A DNA stretch of 64,000 nt from Macrostomum lignano (taxonomy: Eukaryota): the NCBI GenBank assembly GCA_002269645.1, contig NIVC01000056.1, positions 186,001 through 250,000 of the forward strand, read 5' to 3'. The notes below the pieces were generated by a model. That model was not told where the DNA came from. It searched no databases and saw only the letters and a list, made by a program, of their open reading frames with translations. This document shows, piece by piece, positions 34,168-49,679 of this stretch (position 1 is the stretch's first letter; each line of letters begins with the position of its first letter). A program made the translations under genes and the position numbers.

Positions 34168-37100
34168 TCACAACTCATTGAAGGTGACCCCCATCCCTGC
34201 ACTGTTCCGAATGCCAACGCCGCTCGGCTGTTTGATAGTTCCACAGTCAGCATCATCGTCTGCACTTTTACTATTCCGAGTTGCTGGTCGCCCGCGGCCA
34301 ATGAAACGCAGGCGACCGCCTTCCCGACCGCGCCTTTTGCGACGCCGACGTCCAGCAGCTGATCTGCTGATTGCCGCGGCGTGCTCCGGCGACGCCTTGA
34401 CGATGCCCAGCCGCCTGCCTAACCGCCGGACCTTTTGAATGGCCTCCTCTTGCATCAGCTTGAAGCACATGGCGAATACGGACAGGCCGACGGCCACGTA
34501 GATGCAGGTGGCAATCAGCTTCTCTTTGGGGTTCTTTGGATCGATCTCGGTGCCTGCAGAAGTGTTAAAAAGAGTTTTGAATTACATTCTGGTATAGTAA
34601 AGGAGATTTCTAAACTCTCCGCATGGCGCCACCCAAACTGTCAGCATGGCGCCACCCAAACTCTCCGCATGGCGCCACCCAAACTCTCCGCATGGCCCCA
34701 CCCGAACTCTCAGCATGGCGCCACCCAAACTCTCCGCATGGCGCCACCCAAACTCTCAGCATGGCGCCACCCAAACTCTCAGCATGGCCCCACCCAGAAC
34801 TCTGCGCATGGCGCCACCCAAACTGTCCGCATGGCGCCACCCAAACTCTCCGCATGGCGCCACCCAAACTCTCCGCATGGCACCACCCGAACTCTCCGCA
34901 TGGCGCCACCCAAACTGTCCGCATGGCGCCACCCAAACTCTCCGCATGGCGCACCCAAACTCTCCGCATGGCGCCACCCAAACTCTCAGCATGGCCCCAC
35001 CCAGAACTCTGCGCATGGCCCCACCCAAACTGTCCGCATGGCGCCACCCAAACTCTCAGCATGGCCCCACCCGAACTCTGCGCATGGCGCCACCCAAACT
35101 GTCCGCATGGCGCCACCCAAACTGTCCGCATGGCGCCACCCAAACTCTCCGCATGGCGCCACCCAAACTGTCCGCATGGCGCCACCCAAACTCTCAGCAT
35201 GGCCCCACCCGAACTCTCAGCATGGCCCCACCCGAACTCTGCGCATGGCGCCACCCAAACTGTCCGCATGGCGCCACCCAAACTGTCCGCATGGCGCCAC
35301 CCAAACTCTCCGCATGGCGCCACCCAAACTGTCCGCATGGCGCCACCCAAACTCTCAGCATGGCGCCACCCAAACTCTCAGCATGGCGCCACCCAAACTC
35401 TCCGCAGGGCGCCACCCAGAACTCTGCGCATGGCGCCCCTAAGCTCATGTTTCATAAAGCGTATCGCCGATTCATATCCAAGCTTTTTTAGCAGCAAGAA
35501 GACTTAAAAGTACGTGCTCGATGTATTGCAGCTATACTGTAATGTTATTTGTCGACATAATTAGTACATGCTGAAGGTATTTCAGGCTTATGGCTGGGTA
35601 ATAGTAGTCTTTGGTTTTAGATTGAGTTTATTAAAAGTTCTCACGCTATTAGAACTATCAATCTCAGCTCAAACAAACCCGCCGAACAGTTCGGAGTTGT
35701 TTGAAGACAATCGTGTGCATCTTTGACTGCACTGCATTTTGCTGCAAAAGCAACAAATTCTCAGCAAATTAACTGCGACTCAGTTGGCTTTTAAGCAAGG
35801 GTCAGAGAAAAATGTCTCACTGTGTTTTAAGCCCTAAAACGAGCTCAATTTAATAGCTAACAGACACAATTGATAGCTGTCAAGAGATGAAGCTGAGAAG
35901 CTGAGAGGCCAACAATTAATCTTGCTCGAATGGTTTCTGCATGGTCTATTTTCCTTTTATAATTGCCGCTACGCTTTTGCGGCAGTAGAAAGTATGAGAA
36001 ATTATTATTCATAATTGTGCTACTTAGCGGACCGTGGGAAGCGGCAGGTGGACTCTGAGACCTACGCAGCTCTAATTTGCCCCGCTGTCTCCCTTGCAGG
36101 TATCGCTGAGTAGCTGCTGCATCGTCTCTGAAGCGTGAACATTTCCTGCACCGGTCTGGAACGCACCGAAAGCTCCGTTGCACAAGGACTGCTACGGTTC
36201 TGAGTGACCGCGGTGATCTCTGACTCACTGACTTCGTCTCTGACTTCTCTCTTTCTATAGTTGATTCTTTAGTATAGTGGCTTCACCCCTCGCGCTCGGA
36301 AGTAATTGAAACTGCATAATGATTTTTTTAAAGAGCAAGCTTTCCTTTCTAAAAGAGCAACGAAATCATTGTACATGTTCGTCTGCATAACCATTTTTAA
36401 TGGTTGCTCAGGTTACTCAGGTTGTTTTTAGTTACAAGCGTTACAAGTTACATGTTACAAGGCTTGGTCCTCAAGAGTGTTAATTTCACGAGCAGAGTCA
36501 ATCCGAGATTCCCAATTTAGCCCTAAGTTAATGTGACTGACGGCACTTGGAATCGAGCCTGGGCCGCTGGCACATCATAGCGCCGCGCTGGACCACTGGT
36601 CTCAGAGAGAATTACTCTTTTGAAAAAAACTATTTTGGGGTAGGAGTGTCACTTCCATATCTCCAGTGTTCCCAGCTCTGGGTCGGGCTCCTCCGATTCT
36701 TATTTTATTTTTCAATTTTGACATCCCTCTCAAATCTGCATGAGTTTCCAGGGCCTCGGAGCAGATCGAACGCTGCGGGGAGCCTTCTCTGAGCGGCGGG
36801 AAAAAGCGTTAGACTTGGGAAGTAATCATTTTTCAAAGGAAATCACCATTCCATTGGCGGCCTCTTGAGAGGCATACTGTATGGCAGCGTATCGAGCGCC
36901 AGCTAGAAGGGCCCTCATCGCCCTGGCTGGGCCCGCTGCCGCCTTACCTGGCACAATGTCGCCAAAACCGATTGTGCTCAGCGTGATGAAGCAGAAGTAG
37001 GACCACTTCACGTAGTCCCTATTCTCCCAGATGGTGAATAGAAATGAGCCCAGCACAACATATCCGACCATGAGTGTCACTGAGAGACTCAGCGGCACCG

Positions 37101-39364
37101 TCACTTTGCGCAATCTCCGGCTCACAGACAGCCGCTGGAGTCGATCGAGTCGACGGCGAAGATCCAGCAGCCGCTGCATTCGGTGGTGGTTCTGTCCGCC
37201 TGCGGCGAGGTCTCCTGGAACAGCGACGGCTCCGGCAGCCACGGCAGCGCTGGCCGCAATGCTGCTGGGGCCAACCGAATTCTCCAAGTCATGGCTGACC
37301 GCCAGTGCTTCAATGTCCAGCGAGCCAACAATCTCCAATGGGTTGGAAGATGCCAGCGACATGGTCGACGATGAGGATGAGTCTTCAGAAGAGGGATGCT
37401 CCGGACTTGGTAGGCTGATGTAGCTGATGCATCTGGGCAGCGGCTCGGCCTCCCGCTCAACCTCGTTAACTGTTTTGACGCCGGCTGCTGGTCCAGAAAA
37501 ATCCCAATCGATGACGGTCCAATCAACCAGCGGTGCCGCGCATTGTGACGGTGCTCTCGCGAGGTTAGTGGTGGTGGGCGCTTCTGGCACCGAGCGACTG
37601 CGGACAAGCGGCGTGCGGACCTGCGGACGAGCCGCCGTAGCCGGGAGAATCCTAGCTGTGGCGACGCCCCGCCGAACCCTCGTCGAGTCCTGACCGGAGG
37701 AGTCGACGGCGGCTGGGTTGATTTCGACCGGCTTCGCTTCAAACAGAAGATCCCGCTTTGTGCGCGACGACTCTGGAAGCGGCGCTCTCTGGCGTGAGCC
37801 GCAGATTCCGATGCCGTGCGAGACAACGGCCTAGCAAAATCGGTTTTGACGCGAACAATATCGAATGCCTCTCGGTGGCGACTCCTTCGTCGGGTTGTCT
37901 CACTGTCGTTGCCCTCTCCGTTGTCTTGCCGGTCAAAAAGGCGCATGCGTTTCAACCGCGGCCGGCAGGTGTTACTGTACAGGTAGCGGAACCCGTCGGC
38001 AAGGTAGTCACCGATGTTATTCAGGTAGAGAAACATTAGCGGTATGCCGAGGAACGCACAGGCCATGGTACCCAGCATGCCCTCCAGTGTCTTCGGCACC
38101 GCGTGTCCGTAGCCTACAGATGCATATGATTTGGCTTGAAGCTGATTTGATGTAATGGAAAACTTGTGCAGTTTTGGAGTCTCTGATCCTATAGCTATAT
38201 ACGCTGCCTCCCAGCTGGGCGCCAGAGCAAGTCACTGCACTCTTCCCAGCTGGGTAATATTTCTGCTTGACTTCCCGTCGCTATCACCCCGGGGCATAGC
38301 ACAGATTGAAAATGAATAAACAAAGAAGCATATATCCCGAATGGTTCTACAGCTTTGCCGCTAATCAGAGACTGCTTCTCGTACAACAAGGCGAACGTTT
38401 ACGGCTTAAGAACATCCGGCTGTCTTTCAATCATCGTCTATTTTCAGATCCTGTCTCTCGGGCTGGCCCAGAATGATACCTATATCAATTTTGCACCATA
38501 TGAACACTTTGGTTGCCCTGATGTTGCATTAATTATGATATCCTCGTCGCCAAATGAGCCGGCATGTGGGAACGACTTCTACCCCACTGCTTAAAGAAGT
38601 AGCCTGAGAATCCCGGACAGTGCACTGCTTCGCTGCAGCGAAGAGCGGTATAAACGATATGCAACAGCATATTTTATGTCTATTAGCAGCTATTTTTAGG
38701 GCACAGTAATATCGATAGCAGCCGTCATGCTAGTTATAATAAGTCTGCCACCCCGTCACTGCAGTCAGTTGAAAAGTGCAACCAAGGGAGCGGTCAAGAG
38801 CTCGACAAACTCACCGATAGTTGTGATAATTGTGACCACAAACAGCAGCGCCCCCGGCAAGTTCCAAGTGTACTCGTGCTCCTGCAAGCTGCCATTCCAA
38901 CCGTCCTCCTTCACATACTTGGTAATGTTGGCCACAACCTGAGCGAGGGTCTCGTTGGCCAGGTGGCCCAGTTTAGCCAGCTGACTGTCGGTCAGGAAGC
39001 ACCTGCTGCTCGAATTTTCTCGAATTTCCACGACACTCTCGGAGCAGAGCAGCCGCTTCTGCCTGCTAAGAAACGTCGCCAGAGTGTTATTCTTGAACCG
39101 CCGAATCTGCTCACGCAGACTGAGCTCGAAAGGCAGCTCGATGGCTTGGAAGGCGAGACCGCCAGCTAGGATGTAGGCGACAATGAGGCAGGACAGTCCA
39201 ATGTGGCTGAAAGTGAAGGCCAGAAACTTCTTGCAGAAGGTGCCCGCTTGTCGGAGTTGTCTCCGTCGGCGCTCGCGCTTCTTCAATCGGCGCCGTTCCA
39301 GCCGGGACAGACGCTGACGTCGCGATGATGACGACGCCACCGACACCTGGCGTTCAGTGGGCAT
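34168..39364 (-). CDS. Two-pore-domain (K2P/TWiK family) potassium channel
   Basis: Four TM segments. Pore 1 TTIG|YG and pore 2 STIGFGD. Exons 39364-38815, 38113-~37904, ~37772-36948 and 34553-34168. The loop needs a frame switch (see findings). Confidence 0.92.
34612..35437. repeat. 23-bp minisatellite in a K2P intron
   Basis: Unit CTCTCCGCATGGCGCCACCCAAA. Confidence 0.96.
36425..36600 (-). mobile_element. tRNA-derived SINE copy in a K2P intron
   Basis: B-box GGCTCGATTCC (36549-36559), homology to 9079-9210, and a (TGTAAC)-like repeat tail at its 3' end. Confidence 0.6.
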
Positions 39365-40493
39365 TTGGATTTGTCGCTTGCAGGACTGAGGGTGCTACCT
39401 ACCGGGGATTCAGCATATTTTCCACCTTAATCCGCTTTCAACTCAGCTCGGTCTTCCCATCCACCGCGCCTATGCAGCCAGCCAATGAAAGCGAGGCTGT
39501 CATTCCCCAAGCGAAGTCTTTCTTCCTTCCCGACGACTGCTGCAAGCTTGCAGTGTCAGCCCAGCAAAGCAGTGTTTGTCGGAGGCAAAGTATTGCATAG
39601 CAAACTCTGCCGGGCGACTTAACTCTCTTAGCATGATTTCAGCTTCACATAAGCAATGAAGTTATTCAACTCAACTGGAGGGGTTGGGGGCAAGCATTGT
39701 ATACCGAATGCAAACACTTTGCAGTGTTGCAGGTGAGCAGAGTACGAGTATTTACAGTTTTGCACTCGCTGCTTTCTCAAACAGCGTGATCCTTAAGTTT
39801 CAATGCATTTTTACAGCCGCCCACTCAAGATAGCTAAGACTACATTAGAGTCTGACTAGTAATGCATTTGAGCAGTTTCAGAGTCAGAAATAGAGTATCA
39901 CGCTATTTTGATGCTCTCGTCACGCCGCATCGCGCACTGGTCATTGTGAGTGGAGATATAGCTATAGAACAAGAATAGGCTAGCGGTCCACGCGTCCAGC
40001 CGTCTAACAGGCCCAGCGCGCCTTGAGCAGTGCGTCACAGTAATTATACCTCTCCAACCCACACACAGAGTGCCGAGTAAGTCCATGAGAAGCAGCGAAG
40101 GCTTTGCGCTTTTTATCTAGATAAATGCTAACTGTTCGCTACTAGACCCTGGGCAATTGTCACTACGGCAGTCGCAAATAAAAAAAGAACTTCATCTTTC
40201 AAACCATTTTTTAAGCCTCCCAGGCCCATAAAATCACTCAGCAGCATCGTGATGTCCTCGGTCCACGCCACGCCACTTCGTACCCCATTAACGGAGCAAT
40301 TTCGCTCGCTTAATGAGGGCTGCCCAATAGCTTTAACCAGCTGCGACAATGTAGCCGTCGCATTGTCTTACTCGTCTGTCTGCTCTATTCAAGATGGCGA
40401 TTATAAAAGAAGGGCAGATTATGAACTCTGTTAGAGACTACTTGAGCCCACTCAGACTAAGGAGTCTGACATCATATTTTTAATGCTATTACA

Positions 40494-42978
<2,485 letters not shown>

Positions 42979-43450
42979 ATGCGCAAATGACGCTACTGAC
43001 TACCAAAAATAGTAGTATGATCGAGTCACTTCCGTCTTGCCTGACACATCATCAGCACCTTCCCATGATTTTCTCAACCATTTTCTCCCTCATCCTTCAT
43101 CCTCAATTGTTTCGTTTTCAATAACAAAATGCCTGCCGTCCAACGATGCTAGCAACAAGCTGTAAAGTTTGCTTCTAAATTCTAAATTTTAGTTTTTGCA
43201 ATTGCCTAGTAGTGCAGCCGCCATGTATTCATGAGCAGCTTGAGTTGCCAAGCCTTCGGTAGAGACTTCTCAGTAAAGCGCTTTGAAGAACGAGATTCTC
43301 AAGGACCTCGAGTGCAGATGGCAAAGCGGAATTCGGGGAAAACAAAGGAGAGCAACTGCAGCTCGTAAGCATGCCGAAATGTCAGAGCGCTTTTGAGATA
43401 TTTGAGTATGTAAACAGTATCTCCATTGATTAAAAGTACTTAATTTATAA

Positions 43451-43856
<406 letters not shown>

Positions 43857-44744
43857 CCTCGTAGATAGATGGATAGATAGACAGGCAGGTAGACAGACTG
43901 GCAGACCGACAGAAAACCACTTTTAATTGAAGAAGAATGGATGAGAGATCTTTCGTGTTGTGTTTCAAGTGCACTTGTCTCTCCTAGGGGCCAAGAATAT
44001 TCGACCCTCCGCTCTGCGCATCTCTCCTGCGCTCACTCCAGTACTTTTTTGAGTGCCGATGAGCTGCCAGCTGTGCCTCATCAAGATCGCTCTTAAGATT
44101 TGAAGATTTCCAGCCAGAGGGACTGCTCGGGTAGCGCATTCTGGAGAACTCGTGCAGAGTGTACGGTAGAACTGTACTATAGATTTTACTCTATGTAAAA
44201 GATCTCTTATTGAGATTCAAGCGTTGCGATAATTCGGTCTCAACCCATCTCATCTATCTAATGCATAATTGAGAAGCCTCAATGCCGCTCCCAAAAAGCA
44301 ACACCAAAGGCTCTTAAACACGAAAAAAAGCCAACTCACGAAAGAAAAGTTACTATTGAGACTTTTTAGCCGGCTTAGCGAATTCCATTCAAGCAATGGG
44401 TCTCGAAGAAGCAGAAGCAGATGTCAGGGGATGGCTGCAAGCATAGATGGAATAATGCTCAAGCATCAAGGAACTTTCTCACGCACTATAGCAGACTGGC
44501 TGAGTGAGCAGCTACTCAAGGGGACTCATTTGCTCCAGCAGTATTGGATTAATGCGGCATCCTCACGGCACTGGGCCTGAGGGCGGTGATCGATCACTGC
44601 ATGGCAACTCCATCATTCGACACGCTCTCAGAATCCTTTTCACTCCATTATGAGAATCATCTTACACAGTCGGCTTCATGAGCATCATCGATTATTGAGG
44701 CATTGCGGAGGCTGCTTAAGCTTCTAACGCTGTTACCTGTCCAT

Positions 44745-45042
44745 AGACATGTCACACATGCCTTCACTATAGACAAGACACATATCACAGTGCCATAGAC
44801 ACATGTCATAATGTACCATAGACACATGCCAGTACCATAGACACACGCCATATGTACCATAGACACACGCCATATGTACTATAGACACATGCCAGTACCA
44901 TAGACACACGCCATATGTACCATAGACACACGCCATATGTACCATAGACACACGCCATATGTACCATAGACACATGCCAGTACCATAGACACACGCCATA
45001 TGTACCAAGACACACGCCATATGTACTATAGACACATGCCAG
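44745..45042. repeat. 22-bp minisatellite
   Basis: Unit CCATATGTACCATAGACACACG. Confidence 0.92.
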
Positions 45043-45265
45043 TTCCAAATCAGACGTATCAAATAGCATCTGCTCCGAACTACGGCAAGGAATTCAGTAT
45101 TGATGAAAGTTATAGAAATTCTGGCTGCAGAAATTCTGCATTCTGATTGGCTGAATTCAGCACCAGATGTCGTATCTGCTGTATAAGTAACGCCGTTGTA
45201 TACTAATGATTTGCTAAATTTCCAAAATCAGTACAAGAAAGCTCACCTATTACAAGCCTGTTAAA

Positions 45266-45727
45266 ATGCCACCCACCGTAAAACTGGCCCTCGCTCTGAT
45301 AGCTCTGATTCACCTGATTGATTACCCAGCTCTCGCCTTGAACCAACCGGGTAAGACAGCGAGAACTTCTTTCAAACTTAATATCAAGAAAAATTCTCAT
45401 TTTTCTACCCTAGTTGATTCTGTCCCAATTTATTAAATTTCAGATTTTTCACCTGAAGAAATTGCCAGCCTTAATGAGGCTATGGAAAAGCGATTTGCAG
45501 GTAAACACCTATTCTGTACGGCGTAAACACGAGTCTGTTTTGTAAATACCTTGATGTTAAGCAAGAATTATGGATTTATCGCTCCTCCTGCAGACCCGGA
45601 GAGCCTGTTCGGCAGTCCGCTGCAGTGGAACAGCGAGGACATCGAGTTCCGGCCGGCCTCCAGCACTGCGGGCTTCAAGCCGCTGAGAGGCAAGAGGACC
45701 CGAGGCCGAGGCAGACCTGATAACTGA
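45266..45727 (+). CDS. Putative neuropeptide precursor (91 aa), exons 45266-45350, 45444-45500 and 45594-45727
   Basis: MPPTVKLALALIALIHLIDYPALALNQPDFSPEEIASLNEAMEKRFADPESLFGSPLQWNSEDIEFRPASSTAGFKPLRGKRTRGRGRPDN. It has a signal-peptide-like start, a KR site and a G-KR amidation signal. Both GT-AG introns are phase 1 and preserve the frame. Confidence 0.75.
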
Positions 45728-46039
45728 GCAGCCTTTTAGACTGCAGACTAAACTACACACACCTGTACTCGAGCTTAACACCTTTGATTCGAAAGGAGCT
45801 CATTAAAGTTTCATGCCAATTCGGAAAACTTTGAATTAAAACTAAGTAGGATCCCTGCAAGAATTGGCTCGCATTTTTATTTAGCGTTTTGTCTTACTAT
45901 AAGTAGAGAAATAAGCAAAATGATTTTTACCATTGAATTTGTTCAAACTGTCGATTGAAGTCTCGTAAAATTGAGCCAATGCTAATGCTTGTCGTGCTGA
46001 TTGCACTATTATTAGATAAACCGCCAAAACGATGGCGCA

Positions 46040-47110
46040 AAACTGCATAGAAATGGCGCCAACATGCATAGAAATGGCACCAAATTGTATAGAAATGGCG
46101 CCAACATGCATAGAAATGGCGCCAAAATGTATAGAAATGGCGCCAACATGCATAGAAATGGCGCCAACATGCATAGAAATGGCGCCAACATGTATAGAAA
46201 TGGCGCCAACATGCATAGAAATGGCACCAAATTGTATAGGAATGGCGCCAACATGCATAGAAATGGCGCCAACATGCATAGAAATGGCGCCAACATGCAT
46301 AGAAATGGCACCAAATTGTATAGAAATGGCGCCAACATGCATAGAAATGGCGCCAAAATGTATAGAAATGGCGCCAACATGCATAGAAATGGCGCCAACA
46401 TGCATAGAAATGGCGCCAACATGTATAGAAATGGCGCCAACATGCATAGAAATGGCACCAAATTGTATAGGAATGGCGCCAACATGCATAGAAATGGCGC
46501 CAACATGCATAGAAATGGCGCCAACATGCATAGAAATGGCGCCAAATTGTATAGAAATGGCGCCAACATGCATAGAAATGGCGCCCAAATGCATAGAAAT
46601 GGTGCCAAAGTGCATAGAAATGGCACCAACATGCATAGAAATGGCGCCAACATGCATAGAAATGGCGCCAACATGCATAGAAATGGCGCCAACATGCATA
46701 GAAATGGCGCCAAATTGTATAGAAATGGCGCCAACATGCATAGAAATGGCGCCAACATGCATAGAAATGGCGCCAAATTGTATAGAAATGGCGCCAACAT
46801 GCATAGAAATGGCGCCCAAATGCATAGAAATGGTGCCAAAGTGCATAGAAATGGCACCAACATGCATAGAAATGGCGCCAACATGCATAGAAATGGCGCC
46901 AACATGCATAGAAATGGCGCCAACATGCATAGAATTGGCGCCAACATGCATAGAAATGGTGCCAAAATGCATAGAAATGGCGCCAACATGCATAGAAATG
47001 GCACCAAATTGTATAGAATTGGCGCCAACATGCATAGAAATGGTGCCAAAATGCATAGAAATGGCGCCAAAGTGCATAGAAATGGCGCCAAAATGTATAG
47101 AAATGGTACC
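46040..47110. repeat. 21-bp minisatellite
   Basis: Unit CATGCATAGAAATGGCGCCAA. Confidence 0.97.
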
Positions 47111-47639
47111 ATAATGTACACAATTTAGTCTAGGAGTGCACATATGAAACTCCATGAAATGAAGACCTATTTCCTCCCATTCTTTCCTCGCCAACAGTAA
47201 TTCAAGTGCATCAGAAATCTCAGTGCAAACGTTTAGGCTAATTTTTTGATAAGGCTAATCGTTTCAACTTGTGCCCGTTTTAACTATGCACCTCAGCACA
47301 GAGCCGCACAGGTTAAGTCCCCCCTGTCCGCAGCGAATATTGAATGGGAATTCAGTCAAGCTTGTTTGGCACACCTGGGCCACAGTGCCTTATCTTATCA
47401 GTTCTGGCGCACCCGCTAACCCTCTCTCCAGGGCAAACGGCCTCACGTAAGGTTGGGAGCAACCCCCTCCAACCTCCAACTGATAAGGAAAGTGGGGACG
47501 CCAGGTGTGCAGTCTGAGTAGGCCCAATATTAGCTATCTGTATGCACATGCATTTTATAGCGGACTCATCAAGAACCAGGGAAGCGAGGCGCACAAGAAT
47601 TGTCTTCGGTCTTTTCATCTGTCAGTCTGTCGATTAAAA

Positions 47640-49635
47640 ATGCAAATCACAGCATTTGTCTTTGCACTGCTGTCCCTGCCTGCTCTGGTGGCAGCGCAGG
47701 CGGCCTCGGCCGGCATCCAGTACATCATCGTGATCGACGCTGGCAGCACGGGCACCCGGCTGAACGCCTACAAGTTCCAGCTGGACGACAGCCACTCCAC
47801 CGGGCTGAGGATCCTCGAGCTGAGGGACAAGAAGATCTCGCCAGGCATGTCGGCCTACAAGAACTTCCCGGGCCGCCTGCGGCAGGCTCTCAGCCCGCTG
47901 ATGAAATTCGCCGAAGCTTACGTGCCGGCCAGTTTCCATGGCAACACCACAGCGATAGTGCGAGCGACGGCCGGCCTGCGACTGCTGGCGTCGAGGGATC
48001 GAGCCGCGGTGTCCCGGGTTGTCGTTGAAGTGCTGCGCAAGTCGCCATTCTTGGTGCCGGCCGCGGACGACAGGGCTGTGCGAGTCATCTCGGGCAGGGA
48101 GGAGGCCGAGTACGGCTGGGTGTCCGTGAACTTCCTCATGGACACCTTCGACCAGCCGGGCGGGGAGACTTACGGCATGTTGGACATGGGAGGCGGCTCC
48201 ACACAGATCACCTTTGTGCCTAAGGAGGACGACTTGCAGGTGCGTAGTATCCTCAGATTAGTTAGTCAGTCAGTCAGTCAGTCAGTCAGTCAGTCAGTCA
48301 GTCAGTCAGTCAGTCAGTCAGTCAGTCAGTCAGTCAGTCAGTCAGTCAGTCAGTCAGTCAGTCAGTCAGTCAGTCAGTCAGTCAGTCAGTCAGTCAGTCA
48401 GTCAGTCAGTCAGTCAGTCAGTCAGTCAGTCAGTCAGTCAGTCAGTCAGTCAGTCAGTCAGTCAGTCAGTCAGTCAGTCAGTCAGTCAGTCAGTCAGTCA
48501 GTCAGTCAGTCAGTCAGTCAGTCAGTCAGTCAGTCAGTCAGTCAGTCAGTCAGTCAGTCAGTCAGTCAGTCAGTCAGTCAGTCAGTCAGTCAGTCAGTCA
48601 GTCAGTCAGTCAGTCAGTCAGTCAGTCAGTCAGTCAGTCAGTCAGTCAGTCAGTCAGTCAGTCAGTCAGTCAGTCAGTCAGTCAGTCAGTCAGTCAGTCA
48701 GTCAGTCAGTCAGTCAGTCAGTCAGTCAGTCAGTCAGTCAGTCAGTCAGTCAGTCAGTCAGTCAGTCAGTCAGTCAGTCAGTCAGTCAGTCAGTCAGTCA
48801 GTCAGTCAGTCAGTCAGTCAGTCAGTCAGTCAGTCAGTCAGTCAGTCAGTCAGTCAGTCAGTCAGTCAGTCAGTCAGTCAGTCAGTCAGTCAGTCAGTCA
48901 GTCAGTCAGTCAGTCAGTCAGTCAGTCAGTCAGTCAGTCAGTCAGTCAGTCAGTCAGTCAGTCAGTCAGTCAGTCAGTCAGTCAGTCAGTCAGTCAGTCA
49001 GTCAGTCAGTCAGTCAGTCAGTCAGTCAGTCAGTCAGTCAGTCAGTCAGTCAGTCAGTCAGTCAGTCAGTCAGTCAGTCAGTCAGTCAGTCAGTCAGTCA
49101 GTCAGTCAGTCAGTCAGTCAGTCAGTCAGTCAGTCAGTCAGTCAGTCAGTCAGTCAGTCAGTCAGTCAGTCAGTCAGTCAGTCAGTCAGTCAGTCAGTCA
49201 GTCAGTCAGTCAGTCAGTCAGTCAGTCAGTCAGTCAGTCAGTCAGTCAGTCAGTCAGTCAGTCAGTCAGTCAGTCAGTCAGTCAGTCAGTCAGTCAGTCA
49301 GTCAGTCAGTCAGTCAGTCAGTCAGTCAGTCAGTCAGTCAGTCAGTCAGTCAGTCAGTCAGTCAGTCAGTCAGTCAGTCAGTCAGTCAGTCAGTCAGTCA
49401 GTCAGTCAGTCAGTCAGTCAGTCAGTCAGTCAGTCAGTCAGTCAGTCAGTCAGTCAGTCAGTCAGTCAGTCAGTCAGTCAGTCAGTCAGTCAGTCAGTCA
49501 GTCAGTCAGTCAGTCAGTCAGTCAGTCAGTCAGTCAGTCAGTCAGTCAGTCAGTCAGTCAGTCAGTCAGTCAGTCAGTCAGTCAGTCAGTCAGTCAGTCA
49601 GTCAGTCAGTCAGTCAGTCAGTCAGTCAGTTAGTC

Positions 49636-49679
<44 letters not shown>

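Noticed and set aside
34435-35507. Multiple 250-335 aa ORFs on both strands
   Set aside because: They are translations of the 23-bp array inside a K2P intron.
35857-36258. Minus-strand 123-aa ORF in the last K2P intron as an alternative terminal exon
   Set aside because: It is phase-compatible, but the acceptor is weak, the product would lack TM4 and it has no recognizable motif.
45881-47194. Five overlapping 350-440 aa ORFs
   Set aside because: The stop-free 21-bp repeat is open in nearly all frames, so these are artefacts.
47505-49649. 714-aa ORF with an (SVSQ)n tail taken as the apyrase product
   Set aside because: A canonical donor at 48240 and acceptor at 49736 join the two enzyme halves in frame, so the repeat is intronic.
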